Source: the human T2T-CHM13v2.0 reference genome, Homo sapiens. From it: a stretch of 64,000 nt of DNA. Positions 1 to 24,949 of this stretch are shown piece after piece; positions within the stretch are counted from its first letter, which is position 1; each line of letters starts with the position of its first letter. Location of the stretch: assembly GCF_009914755.1 (NCBI RefSeq), contig NC_060936.1, one strand, 5' to 3'. The translations under genes were made by a program, and so were the position numbers. Below the pieces are notes generated by a model, which saw only the letters and a program-made list of their open reading frames with translations, ran no database searches and had not been told where the DNA came from.

Positions 1-10638
<10,638 letters not shown>

Positions 10639-11882
10639 TTTTCAAGGTTTTTAGCTTCCTTGCGATAGGTTAGAACATGCTCGCTCCTTTAGCTCAGAGA
10701 AGTTTTTTATTACCGGCCTTCTGAAGCCTACTTCTGTCAATTCGTCAAAGTCATTCTCTGTCTTGCTTTGTTCCATTGCTGGTGAGAAGCTGTCATCCTT
10801 TGGAGGAGAAGAGGCATTCTGGTTTTTGGAATTTCCTGCTTTTCTGCTCTGGTTTCTCCCCATCTTTGTGGTTTTATCTCCCTTTGGTCTTACATGTTGC
10901 TGACCTACAGATGCGGTTTTGGCGTGGATGATCTTTTTGTTGACGTTGATGCTATTCCTGTTTGTTGGTTTTCCTTCTAACAGTCAGGCCCCTCAGCTGC
11001 AGGTCTGTTGGAGTTTGCTGGAAGTCCACTCCAGACTCTACTTGCCTGGGTATCACCAACGGAGGCTGCAGAACACCAAATATTGCTGCCTGATCCTTCC
11101 TTCCTCTAGAAGCTTCATCACAGAGGGGCACCCACCTGTTTGAGGTGTCTGTCGGCCCCTACTGGGAGGTGTCTCCCAGTCAGGCTACACAGGGGTCAAG
11201 GACCCGCTTGAGGAGGCAGTCTGTCCATTTTCGGATCTTGAACGCCATGCTGAGAAAACCACTGCTCTCTTCAGAGCTGTCAGATAGGGACGTTTAAGTC
11301 TGCAGAAGCTGTCTGCTGCCTTTTGTTCAGATATGCCCTGCCCCCAGAGGTGGAATCTAGATAGGCAGTAGGCCTTGCTGAGCTGTGGTGGGCTCCACCC
11401 AGTTAGCACTTCCTGGCCTCTTTGTTTACACTGTGAGCTACTCAAGCCTCAGCAATGGTGGATGCTCCTCCCCCAATCAAGCTGCAGTGTCGCAGGTTGA
11501 TCTCAATCTGTTGCGCTAAGAGTGAGCAAGGCTCTGTGGGCATGGGACCCACCCAGCCAAGCACAGGAGGGAATCTCCTGGTCTGCCAGTTGCAAAGACT
11601 ATGGGGAAAGCACAGTATTTGGTCAGGAGTGTACTGTTTCTTCAGGTACAGTCTGTCACGGCTTCCCTTGGCTAGGAAAGGGAAATCCCTCAACACCTTG
11701 TGCTTCCAAGGTGAGGCGATGTCCTGCCCTGCTTCAGCTCACCCTCCATGGGCTGCACCCACTGTCCAACCAGTCCCAATGAGATGAACCAGGTATCTCA
11801 GTTGGAAATGCAGAAATCACCCATCTTCTGCATTGATCTCACTGGGAGCTGCAGACCAGAGCTGTTCCTATTTGGCCATCTT
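10639..11882 (-). mobile_element. 5' part (ORF1 start plus 5' UTR) of the older L1PA6/7-like element
   Basis: ORF1 N-terminus MGRNQSRKAGNSKNQNASSPPKD (10863); 5' end AAGATGGCCAAATAGGAACAGCTC; sequence resumes where 4479 left off. Confidence 0.93.
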
Positions 11883-11884
11883 CT

Positions 11885-12000
11885 TTTTTTATTTTTAAAA
11901 AATTTTTGTGGGTATCTAGGTGTATATATTTATGGGGCACATGAGATGTTTTGATAGAGGCATGCAGTATGAAATAAACACATCATGGAAAGTGAAGTGT
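11885..12000 (-). mobile_element. L1MA-type 3' end fragment
   Basis: T-rich tail followed by GGTGTATATATTTATGGGGCACATGAGATGTTTTGATA, typical of L1MA 3' ends. Confidence 0.65.
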
Positions 12001-12335
12001 CCAGACTTCATCTGTTTTGATCATTGCTATATCCCTAGCATTTATTAGAAGAGTGCCTAGAATGTAGAAAGGGCTCAGTAAATATTTGTTGAATGGCTAA
12101 ATGACCAAATGAATTTGTTTCATGTCCCTCCATGTTTTGAGTAAGTTCCATGAGGGCAGGGACTCTGTCAGTATTTTTTATCATTTTATCTTCAGAAGTA
12201 AGCATGGCACCTGGCATTTAGTAGGTACTTAGTAAAGGTTTATAGAGTAAATGAATAAAAACATCGCAAAGCTACATTTTGCACAAGTCTATTCTATTTT
12301 AATGCATTTTAGGAGATCATAAAAATTTGTATATA

Positions 12336-12620
12336 TTTTTGAGATGGAGTCTTGCTCTGTTGCCCAGGCTGGAGTGCACTGGCATGATCTCGGCTCACTC
12401 AATCTCTGCCTCCTCAGTTCAAGCAATTCTCCTGCCTCAGCCTCCTGAGTAGCTGGGATTACAGGTGCCCACCACCATGCCCCACTAATTATTGTATTTT
12501 TATTAGAGACAGGGTTTCACCATGTTGGCCAGGCTGGTCTGGAGCTCCTGACCTCAGGTGATCCGCCCACCTTGTCCTCCCAAAGTGCTGGGATTACAGG
12601 TGTGAGCCACCACTCCAGGC
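12336..12620 (-). mobile_element. Alu (AluS-type)
   Basis: Dimeric Alu reverse complement GAGATGGAGTCTTGCTCTG...GTGAGCCACC. Confidence 0.95.
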
Positions 12621-14066
12621 TTACAAACATATTTTGATTATTGAATAAATAAAAGAACAAATATATAAATGAATGCATGATTCATAGGCAACCCCATTTG
12701 TGAGACTGCAAGCTGTCCTGGGAGTAAGATGTCATATATGCTGTAATACCTATGGCCCTGTTCCAAGGAAGGGGCCAGTTTGAAGCTGCTGTGGCTCTCT
12801 TGGATGGATGGTGATGGGGCTGTATAGAGTCAGAGGACCTTGACATGAGTCTCAGCTCTGCTACTGGTCAGGCATCTGACTTTGGGCAAAGAGGCAAATT
12901 TAAATCTTCATTTTCTCATCTGAGATATCTTTCGAGGTTTACATGACATTCTATATAAAAATGAATTATTTTAAACTATAAAGTCTGGTCTGTGGTCCTA
13001 GTTCCAACACTAATTGGATTAGCTTGGAAACTTTGGACTACTTAGTTCACCACAGAGAGGGTCTGTTACATTATTGAAAAAAAAATAGGGATAATAACAT
13101 GTCTTTAGTAGAGTATAATTGATTGCAAAACAAATGCAACTTATTAGTGTATGAACTCCCTATTTCTGATAGGAACTAGCTTAACTAGTTCTTAGTTGAT
13201 TCTTCTTGGCTTAATCTAAGCACACTGCTAGGCACAAGGTAGTCTTCCCATTTCTGCCTAACAAATGTTATTACTCTTTTATTTGTCTCCTCAGTATTTT
13301 TAACTTTTCCTCTTTCAATATTATTCTACCATATTTGCCTTATGAGATTTCTCATCTAGCACTGAATGACTTCAGAAGTCTTATTCGTGGCCCCTTTGTC
13401 TGCAGGTTCTCTCCTTCTGCAATGATTTCTAACTTCTGCAATTTCTGGGACAAAACTAAAATGGTAACATAAATAGTCTGAAATTCTATGCATATACTAT
13501 CAATATAATGAAAAATTTCCACTCTACTTATAATCAAAGACTTGTAAATTGAAACCAGATGGTGACACCAGGTCTACATCTATTTATATGAAAACTATTT
13601 TAAATCATAATACCCAGTGCTAGCAAGATTTGGTGAGACCGATATGTCCTTCCATGTTGTTGGAAGCATTATATGTTGATACAATACTTTTGGCAAGATG
13701 AAATCTCAAATTTCTTTTGAAAATATATCCTAAGCAAATGATTGAAAAGAAGAGAAAAGTAATCTGTGTGTGAAAAATTTATATTTCAGTATTTTTTTCA
13801 AGACAGTTACACTAGGATCAACCCAAAGGTCTAATAACTGAGGAATGGCTACTACATTTTAGTAGAAACACATAATGGAATATTTTCTAATGATTAAAAT
13901 AATAATTACAGAGGAGAGACAGAAACGGAAAATATTCTTGATATGCTATCTAGTAAAAAGATCAGAAAACACAGTTAGTTTAAATTCATTTGATTATATA
14001 AAAATGTGCACACTGCAGGGGCTTATATGGAACTTAAAATAAACAGCTGAGTTTTTAGGGTGGTAA

Positions 14067-14462
<396 letters not shown>

Positions 14463-16559
14463 TAAATTCACATTCTACTTTTTTGCTTCAAATTCAGCAT
14501 TTAACTAAGCCTAATTCCAATAAGGAATATGCACCTCTTTCTTTTACCATTCTATATTTGCCCTACATGCCCTCTAATAAAATTGAATTTGGCTGAGAAG
14601 CCATTTCTTTAAGAAGGAGACTTGGTTGCTCAGTTGAAGAATAAAAATGGCTCAACAGTTTGATTTTTCTATTAGTTTTTCTGCCTTTTGCCTGCCCTCT
14701 GTCTAGCACTCTTCAACCCCAAATCTGTGTTCTAGGAAACTTGTCTGAAGAAGAGGGCGGTCCTGAGGCCACTGAGGAGGTTGGAGGCTGGGGCTTCTCT
14801 GCATTGAAATGTCCCTGGTAGAGAAGGCAAAAGAAAAGCTTTTGAAGAGTGTCTTGAAGTGAAGCATGCTGCGCTCCCGTGGAGTGGGAAGAAACTGGTA
14901 TCAAAGATGTTCTTTTCCTCCTTCTTCCCACACCCTAGTTGCAGACTTTGTGGTCTCCCTGAGTAAATCTTTGTAGACACATGTTGTTTTGACTTTTAAG
15001 GAATGAAAACTTTTTTACACTTTTTATGACAAGAATATGAATGGGGATTATAGAGTTTGCTTTATCCTGAAAAATTATATGGAACTGCACAATTAGTCTC
15101 TGCTTTCTACCTACTTTGTATTGCTTGAGGATGAGACCTTGAACTAAATGACATCTCAAATTAATTTCAGCCAAAGATCTTGGCATTTAGCTAGGAAATC
15201 CCCCACCAGAGAAAATGAGAATACTCCAAACTCACTGTTACCCATAATTCAGGATTGCTCCTCCTTGGCTTCCATCCAGCTCCCCATCTAGCAACTATGG
15301 CACTTCACCCCCACTAATTTATTCCAAAGGAATCTTAGCCTTTTGTCCAAAATCTGATAAATGAAGGAAAAGGACAAACAATTACAGATTGATAAAGCGA
15401 CAAACTGTTCAACTTCCTAAAATATCTTATTCCAGCTCTGTTCATGACCTACTTTTGTGAATTTGGCAGGCGCTTTCTGCTTCCTTTTTCTGAGCCAGTT
15501 CTCTGTGCTGTGCAATGAAAAGTCTGGAACAGTTGCTTATTAAGATTCCTCACATGTGGCAGTATGGGAAGGACTGACAAGGACTGTTGACTCCAGTTCT
15601 TCCTGGAGATAAGCTCCTGACTACTGCCTCACTTGGAGAAACAAATGATGTGGGGTGCTCAAAGAACTCACGCAGTTCTCCGGAAAATCTGGTTTTCTTT
15701 TCCAACCAGTTGACAACTGTATGGTAGTGCATTTAAACAATATTCAACATGTGTTTAGTTTTGGATAAAGGCTAGTGTGTTGGTATGCATGGGCTCTGGT
15801 TTCAGTCAGTACCTGCTAAGAGGCTTGGGCTATCCTCTTTTTCTTCCTCCTCATTACTCCTTTACCATTACTGGTTCAGAGGATGGCTCCTAGCCAGTTT
15901 GTGTGACTTTCTTCATTTTTTCTAGTCTTTTTCTACTTGGTATCCATGCGCCAGGCTGGCCCTTGGAGAAGGAAAGAGAGTAATCTGGTCCCTAAGTTGC
16001 TGGGGATTAATCTATACTCATGGAGAAAGTAGTATTATCCAGTGACCTGGGCCCCTGGGATGGGCATCCACTCCTGCCACTTTTGTGGTCTAGGGAAAGA
16101 CCATGGAGTGAGGCACTGAAGGCTTGCTAACCCTTCTGCTAGCCAGGGACCAGCGTGGGGCCTCCTCAGGTTTGGCAGGACCTGATCTTCACTATACACC
16201 TGCATGCACACATACTCACACCCACGTTCTCTCACACAAATGCAAACAGCTAAGCCTTCCTTCTAGAATCATAGGAGTCTAAGGAGCATAAAAGATCACA
16301 TGGATCACTTTATTTCTATCTCCAACTAATACATGAGCCCCATTCAGCATCTCCAGTAAGTGTCTATCCAGCCTCCGTTTGAATGTCATCAAGAACTCAT
16401 TCCCATCAGTGGCTGTAGAAGAGATTCAAAGTTTGTTTGCCTCCATCCTAGCTAAAATCCTGATATTATATTGCCTATGTGACCATATCCATGAACACTC
16501 AAACTTCAGTATTTTTTCACGTACTAAAAACAAACAAAACCCAAAACAAAACCAAAAAC

Positions 16560-17805
16560 AAATAGCTCCCTTGACTTCACATCCTCTAAACATACTGCTT
16601 TATTTTCTCAATCTCCTTCACAGGAACACTTCTCAATAAAGTTAACTGCGGTTGATCGCTCTACTTTTTCACCTACCATTCTCTTTTCAACTTATCCTAG
16701 CTAGCTGAAACTTCTCTCATCAATATTGCCAACTACTTTTAAATCCAATGTTACAAAATCCAGTGGTAGCTTTTCTGTTCTTTTCTTATTTGAATTTTCA
16801 ATGGCACTCAACACAGCTAACCTCTCTATTCTTGAAGCACTCTCTTCTCTTGGCTTTTGTGATACAAAAATTTTATGATTTTCCTCCTTGTTCAATGGCT
16901 GCTGTGCCTCAGTTTCTCTTGGTGGATCATCCTCAGCTTGAACTAGAAATGCTGGCATGCTGCAGGTCTTCTTTCCAGGATTTGTTTTCCTTAGATGTTC
17001 TGGAAAACGTTTTCCTTAGATGTTCTATGCCAGTCTTACAGCTCTGAATACTCCATACACCCCATATATTAGCCCTGACCATTTGACCATTTTCTAGAGC
17101 TTCAAAATAATATATACAACTGGATACTTGACATTCCACTCTGATATCTAATACAGATTTGGGCATTTTAGTCAAAATGCAACCAACCAGCCAAACTAAC
17201 AGAAAACAAATCCTCAAGTTTCGCCTTCCTAATGTGCATGTCCCCGATTATCCTGACTTCAGTAAATGATGTACCATCATCTACTCAGTTGCCCAAGAGA
17301 AAATCTAGACTTACCTTGAGCCCTCTCTCTCTTTTCTGGTCTATATCTAATGTAGCAGCAAGCCCTATAACTGTACTTCCAAAACATATTCCAAATTTCT
17401 CTTCTCTTTTTATCTGATCAATTTTAGTAAAAAAATACCGTCAGATGTCACATGGAGTCTTGCAATAGCTCCTAATCATCATTCCTGATTCTACTCTTGT
17501 CCTTCTATAATTAGTGCTCCATAGAGAAGCCAGAGTAATCTTTCAAAACTCTCCTATATCACTGAGAATCAAACACAAATTCCTGACATCATGGTCTAAA
17601 AGTTACTATGGGATCTGACTGCGGACAGCCTTTTTTACCCATCGCTTGCTGAGCTTCAGTCATACAGCCTTCTTTCTGTCCCCAATTAACTCAAGTTTCT
17701 TCTGTGCCAAAGCCTCTGCATTAGCTCTTTCTTCTGACTGGAATGTCCTTCCTTCTGAGGATGGTGGGCTTCTTTGGTCAGTCAATATTGGCTCAAACAA
17801 CACCT
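16560..17805 (+). mobile_element. Degenerate L2 (LINE-2) segment
   Basis: L2-like motifs (CCATAGAGAAGCCAGAGTAATCTTTCAAAA; TCTGACTGGAATGTCCTTCC); boundaries approximate. Confidence 0.6.
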
Positions 17806-18464
17806 ACCCCTCCAAAAGTCATGTTGAAATTTAATTGCCATTGTATCACCATTAAGAGGTGGAGCCTTTAAGAGGCAATTAGTCCTTAAGATGTGGCTGG
17901 GCACAGTGGCTCATGCCTGTAATCCTAGCACTTTGGGAGGCCGAGACAGGTGGGTCACCTGAGGTCAAGAGTTTGAGACCAGCCTGGCCAACATGGTGAA
18001 ACCCCATTTCTCCTAAAAATACAAAAATTAGCTGGGCATGGTGGCGGGCATCTGTAATCCCAGCTACTCGGGAGGCTGAGGCAGGATAATCACTTGAACC
18101 CAGGAGGTGGGGGTTGCAGTGGGCCTAGATTGTGCCACTGCACTCCAGCCTAGGCAACAGAGGGAGACTCCATCTCCAAAAAAAAAAGAGAGAGATGATT
18201 AGGCTCTACCCTCATGAATAGATTAATGCTGTTGCCATGAGATGGGTGTCTGATTAAAAGGATGAGTTTGGTATGATCTCCCCTCAGTCTCATGTGCATG
18301 CTTGCCCTTCCACCATGTTATATGACACAGCAAGAAGGTCCTCACCAGATGCAACTCCTCAATCTTGGATTCCCAGCCTCCACAATCATGAGTCAAATAA
18401 ATTTTTTTCTTCATAAATTACCCAATCTATGGTATTATGTGACAGCAGAAAAATGAACAAATAC
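17806..18464 (+). mobile_element. MST-family MaLR solo LTR lacking its 5' tip, interrupted by an Alu
   Basis: CCCCTCCAAAAGTCATGTTGAAAT start; CAGCAAGAAGGTCCTCACCAGATGC; AATAAA and ...AAATACA end. Confidence 0.8.
17895..18188 (+). mobile_element. Alu (AluSx-like) within MST LTR
   Basis: GGCTGGGCACAGTGGCTC through to A-tail. Confidence 0.95.
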
Positions 18465-18656
18465 ATCCCAGAAAGAAGTGCATGGGTATGCAGAGGTGGA
18501 ATCAGTTCTGATCACCAGTGGCATTACCAAATTCTCTATCAGGGCCAGGAAGTAAACTCCCAGGAACAGCACAAATAGCAGAGCCTGAATATGGCTGTTA
18601 GTAGACACCCCAAGAAGGATGAACTCGGAGATAATGCTGTGGTTCCTCAGAATCAA
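18465..18656 (-). pseudogene. OR8S21P: Olfactory receptor 5' remnant (N-terminus, TM1, start of TM2), OR8S-like
   Basis: LRNHSIISEFILLGVSTNSHIQALLFVLFLGVYFLALIENLVMPLVIRTDS, then after a 1-bp frameshift LCIPMHFFLG (LHTPMYFFL motif); start codon is TTG; truncated at the MST LTR. OR identity is solid; the symbol is from recall of OR8S1 similarity and is less sure. Confidence 0.75.
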
Positions 18657-18885
18657 ACAGAAAACTTTCCCTTGGAATAAAATAAATGTTTTAAAACTTC
18701 ATTTTCTGCTTCCCTATTTCCTCTGAGTCTTAAATCTTTCTGCACAGTATTTCTTGACCTTGGAATCAAGGTTAAAATTCTGAACCATCTTCACTAATTC
18801 TTTAGACACAATTAACATCTTTGATTTTGTTATATTCTATACCCTCAACCTTAGTCCAGTCTGATGCCATTAGGTCTTTCAAAAA

Positions 18886-19332
18886 ATTTTTTTTATAATT
18901 TCAGCTTTCGTTTTAGATTCAGAGGTAAATGTGCAGGTTTCTTACAAGGGTATATTGTGTGATGTTAAGGTTTGGGGTACAATTGATCCCATCACCAAGG
19001 TAGTGAGTGTAACACCCAACAGTTAGTTTTTCAACCCTTGTCCCCCTCCCTCCCTCTCCCTCTAGTAGTCCCCAGTGTCTATTATTGTCATCTTTATATC
19101 CATGAGTACCCAGTGTTTAGCTGCCTCTTATAAGTGAGAACATAAGTTCTTTAGTTTTCTGTTCCTGCACTAATTTGCTTAGAATAATGGCCTCCAGTTG
19201 CATCCGTGTTACTACAAACAACATGATCTCATTATTTTTTATGGCTGCACAGTATTCCATGGTGTATATGTGCCACGTTTTCTGTATCCAATCCAGCGTT
19301 GATGGGCACCTAGGTTGATTCCATGTCTTTTC
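18886..19332 (-). mobile_element. L1PA15/16-like 3' end fragment
   Basis: ORF2 C-terminal remnant ([13 protein letters not shown]) plus 3' UTR and T tail. Confidence 0.85.
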
Positions 19333-21624
19333 TAGAAAAAAAAATTTAGATAGAAAACAGACCATAGCATTTGCCAATGCAGGGAGAAATTGCTAATGCA
19401 GCAGCAGAGGGGCTGATTGAAGCCATGAATTTATTGCAAATGGGAATTCCATAATGATCCAGAGAATAGTGGAGATCACGTTGGGAATAGGGATTCCTTA
19501 TCCACTGCAAAATGAAGGAAAGCAAAGCATGTATAAAATGGTACAGGGAAGGCAGGAATTGTAGTGTCTGGAAGGGAAAGACATTCTCTATTTACTGCCT
19601 CTGTGCTGTCAATAAACGGCAAGGTAAGTCATCAATAAGCGTGTGCTAGGGAGGCTAATGTTGGCTTGATGGTAGTGTGGAAGGTCTATTCAATATTTTT
19701 ATTATTAATTTGAGTCCAGTGGTCATTGTTGTGTGATTTTTCTCCAGTTTGCTATGTGTGAAGAGTAAGTTGCCTTTATGTCAGACATGTGAGGGGATAA
19801 AGGAAGAGATGACTTAACAAGTGAATTTAGTCTGTGTAAAAAGAGAAGTGATGATATGAGTGGCATGAGAATGAAAATGTGGCAGACACAAGGATCAGCA
19901 TTCTCAATGCATGTGAGGAATGGTTGGCTTGGGAACACCAAATCATATTAATTAGAAAAGATGTGGCTGTGTTAGAATAAAGTGGTTGAAATTGAGGTTT
20001 TTGAAGGTGGTGTATGTAAAGGAAACAGGGACACAAGGAATTCAGTTGGTGTTATTTTAATTAAGATGAAGATTTTTCTGTTGTTTAGTTCTTCCTCTTT
20101 TAGAAAATAAGCCACATGATGTTAAAAAAAATTTTAATATGTTACAGTTTTAAATTTTATAAAGTAGAGCCCAAGTAACATAGCCCAGAGATAGCCTAGA
20201 TGTTTGGTTGTAAGAAGGCACCTGCCCTCATTTTCTCCAGAAAAAAAAAAAAAGCCTGAATCTTGCATCATTTGCATTTCCTGTAACTCACTGTCCTGAT
20301 AGGTGGACAGAACTAGAGATCATTATAACAGCAGAAATATCAATGTTCTGGCATCCATAGAAGTGGGATGTTGGTTGAGATGATGTATTGAGCCACAGGG
20401 AACTCAAATTACCTTCTTAATGTCCTCTCTTCTATCTCTTCTAGACTGGCAAGTGCCAGAATCCTAATTTCAGCTTCCCTGAAGTTTCATTACCCTAAAG
20501 AAATGCAGGCTTTTTGCTCCAAAGACCAGAGAAGGCAGCAGGATATACGAAAATAAACATGGCCTTGAAGACATAGTTGGGATTAGGTCATAAAGCCCTA
20601 GTTCTGTTTCTTACTAGCTCTATGATCTTTGGAAGGGTTTTAAGCCTTTCTTATCTCAATTTTTCCAGTCATAAAATGGCATGTAACATCTCTCTTGCGT
20701 GGTTTTAAGACTTTTATTTAGATAACTTATGTGCAGTGATCCGCACAATTAACCAATTGGTTATGATTAGACTTTGATGTTACCCATTGCCTTAATTTTA
20801 ATCTTTCAATGTTCCCAAGCAAAAGAAGAGTCAATTCTGAGAGCAGATCGGAATATGTTAGTGAATAGAGAAATAAAAACAAGATCAAGGAGGGATAGAT
20901 GATGGGGGGTAGGAGAGAATGACCCCACTATGAGAGCAGAGCTGCAGGAGAGCTCAATGACAAAGAAAGCACACAGCAAGGGAGACATGGAGGAGAGGAA
21001 GGGATGAAAAGAAGTGATAAGTGCCCAAGGAGCTGGCCAGAGATATCAAGGCTGACATAACTCTTGTTATCCCCAGTGGAGAGAGCCTCGAGGTACTCTG
21101 ACCCATTAACAAATGCCCCAGTAAACCTTCACACAGGAGGAAAAGAACAACAACTATCTTTCTCTAGGAAAAGACTTCTTTTGTCTATATAGGTGTCAGT
21201 ATTAGAAAAAAAGAAATATATTAGCTCGCATGCCAGGAGCCTTCCAGGTAAAGAGCTCAAAACCCTTTTCTAGATTGTTCTAATCTTGTGCTGAATCCAA
21301 AAAGAAAAAAGAGAAATATAATTTTGAGAAGTTCTGATTCTTGACAAATAGATATTTGAGCACTTAGACTATTTCAAACACGATTCCACAGTTGGTTTTT
21401 TTTTTCACTACTTTCTCTTATCGTTCTAAATATTACCCCAAGAATGTGATGCAAATAAAGACTTCTAAAATCCAGCCATTCAGAAAAGCAGCTAGATGAT
21501 AATACCCAGTGGGTGGGCAGCTGAGCCTGCAAGCCCAGGAGGCAGCTGAGTTGATGCCTTGCATTCCTTGGGGTTCAGCCAGAAGCAAATTTTTTACCTC
21601 ATTATCTTAGAAATTTCCTTATAT

Positions 21625-22195
21625 GTATGGATGTATTGACCAAGACAGCCTCAACATTCACCTCAGCTTGACTAAACTTTAGACAGGTTTCTTCCTGAAT
21701 ATAAGACTTAGCCACCCTTTTTTTAGAGCATTTACTTTAGAAAACTTGAAGTTGCAAATTCTTTCTCTGCCTCTTTGAAATGTGTGTAAATATTCTCCAA
21801 TCCTCTTGCCAGTTTTACAACCCAGGGAATAATCTTTCTTAAGGACCTGGGAACCATCTCTTTGAAATGAAAACTCTGAAGGAGAAAGCATCTCTATCTT
21901 CCAGTCTCTGTGGGAGGATAGGAGCCCAACTTAGATGCCAATTTGTAAACACAGATGGCCTAATCACAGAGAAAAATGTAGCAAACTCAGGAATAAGTTA
22001 ATGTGGTGGACGTACTCCATTAACCAACCTCTCTGCTAATGTCATCTAGTACTTTTCTAAATGATTACCCTGTGTTGAAAAACTCCCCTGCCTTTGGTTT
22101 CAGAAGAGTTGAGTTTAATCTCTCTCTGCTATTGCTATAGTCTTGAATAAAGTCTACCTTGCCTGTTTGATATGTCTGGTGCCACATTTGCTTGT
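21625..22195 (+). mobile_element. ERV1 (MER4-group, MER34/MER72-like) solo LTR
   Basis: CTTGACTAAACTTTAGACAGG, CTTAAGGACCTGGGAACCATCTCTTTGAAATG and terminal TCTTGAATAAAGTC motifs; family uncertain. Confidence 0.6.
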
Positions 22196-22405
22196 ATGGT
22201 ACATATTGATGGATGGATTTAATTTTAACTCATGCACAGAAGGTCAAGTTAAACAAAATTTCTTAGTTCATAGCACCTCATCATCATTGTTCATTTAAAG
22301 GCTCTATTCTTCACTGGTTTCCTTTTAACCTCATATTCTACTCCTATTCCTCTCCTCTCCACAGGCACCTCTTCTAAGATATTTAATTCTTATCCTTTTG
22401 TCTGT

Positions 22406-23152
<747 letters not shown>

Positions 23153-24949
23153 TGAATTATTGTTGTGAGTGGTTGCTTTTTTAAAGAATGCAAAAATGAA
23201 ACCACTGTATGAACACTAGAAAATAAGTAAATTGTATATATTTGGTGTTGATATGCTAATTTGCCAAGAACAATCCAAGAGACTCTAAAACAAAACTAAG
23301 AGAACTAATAAGAATTAAAAAGAGAATTTTGTAATGCGGATGGTGTATCTATTAATGTTCAATTAGCAGAAAATAGAATCCACTCTAAGAAAAAAAAGAT
23401 TTAAAACAGTAAATGTTGTATTAAATAATAATTGTAAGAAGGGTTAAAAGAAGAGGCTCTATTCTCAGATTCTCTAATGAATATCCTTGCACTGAGAATA
23501 GCTTTGCTTCTGTTGAAAAAAAAATACTGATAACAGCATTGCAGGAAGTTGATGAATCAGGGAGCTGCTATTGCTACTGCTGACTGCAGGACTTCTAGAC
23601 ATCTGTCTCCATTGTAAAAACACCTGCTGGATGGAGATGCCAAATGCTGAATTAGGATATAGTTGCTACAGTTTCTGCTTAAGAACCATTTCTTTCCATC
23701 AGGATTTATATGAGCAAAATGCATCTGACTAATTGGAACTGAATTATGTCGGGAGGCCATGCTTTTTAGCTTTCTACACTTTGAACTCTAGAAGAGTTTT
23801 GGAATAAACTGGAATGACCCAATCTAGTATCTTCTACACTGAGTAAAAAATGAGTACACAAAACTTGACCTTTTTTTCTGTACTAGAAATTGTTTGTCAT
23901 ATCATGGAAACAGGAAAACATACTCATTCACAATGGCAAAAATCTCAGAAGTTCTTAGAGGCAACTTGTATAAGAAAAATTAATATTTCTTTGAATGATG
24001 TAAAACAATATATGAAGAGATTGAGAAACAATGTTTATGGTTGGAAAGACAGTGAAAATATCAATTTTCTTCAAATAAGTATGTGCAGCTGATGAGAATT
24101 TAATTAGAATCCTATTTTTTCATGATTTGATAAGAAGATTTTGATACTCACATGGAAGAATAAATTCTTGAGAATAGACAAGAAAGGGATGAAAAGGATC
24201 ACTAGTTAAAGCATTCTGGGAAGACTTATTTTATCAGGTATTAGAACAGCTAATACATTTGGTAAAGAAAAGCATGAATTAATATAAAATAATAAAGCCA
24301 GACAGCATTGCCAAACTATGTCACGAAGATTTTATTTTTCTTCTGTGAAGAAGGAACAACTTTCATTTCAAATGCATCTGTCAGAGGTGGCTGTGTATTC
24401 ATAACATAAAACAGTTTACACCCATCTTGTACAGTTTACAATAATTTCTGAGTTGTTTTTGTTTTATATGAGAAGATATTAGAAGAGAACATGTAGACAA
24501 CGTACACTTGTAGTGTGAGGAAGAACTTCTCAGCCAAGATAAGAAATTTACACAGGAAATGCTATAATAAAAAGTGTAGTTGACTATATAAAATTAAAAT
24601 TTTGAATGACACAAATTCCACAAGCTAAGTTGATAGAGAAATAATAGAGCTGGAAAAATATTTTCAACAAATACTACAGGAAAGAGATAAGATATTTGAC
24701 ATTCCAAGAATACTTACATGTAGATAAGCAAAATACAAATGCTCCAAAGAAGATTAAGTATAGGCAAACTACAGGAGTGTAAACCAGATGGTTCGCAAAA
24801 AGTGAAAGTATGCAAAAATTCAGTAGTGGTCATAGAAATAAAAATTATCATAAAATCAAGCATTTAATTTGTACCCATCTGAACGCCCCCAAATTAAAGA
24901 AGAATAAAGTGATTCAGTTTAAGCTACATAGCACTCTGGCTTCCTCTAT

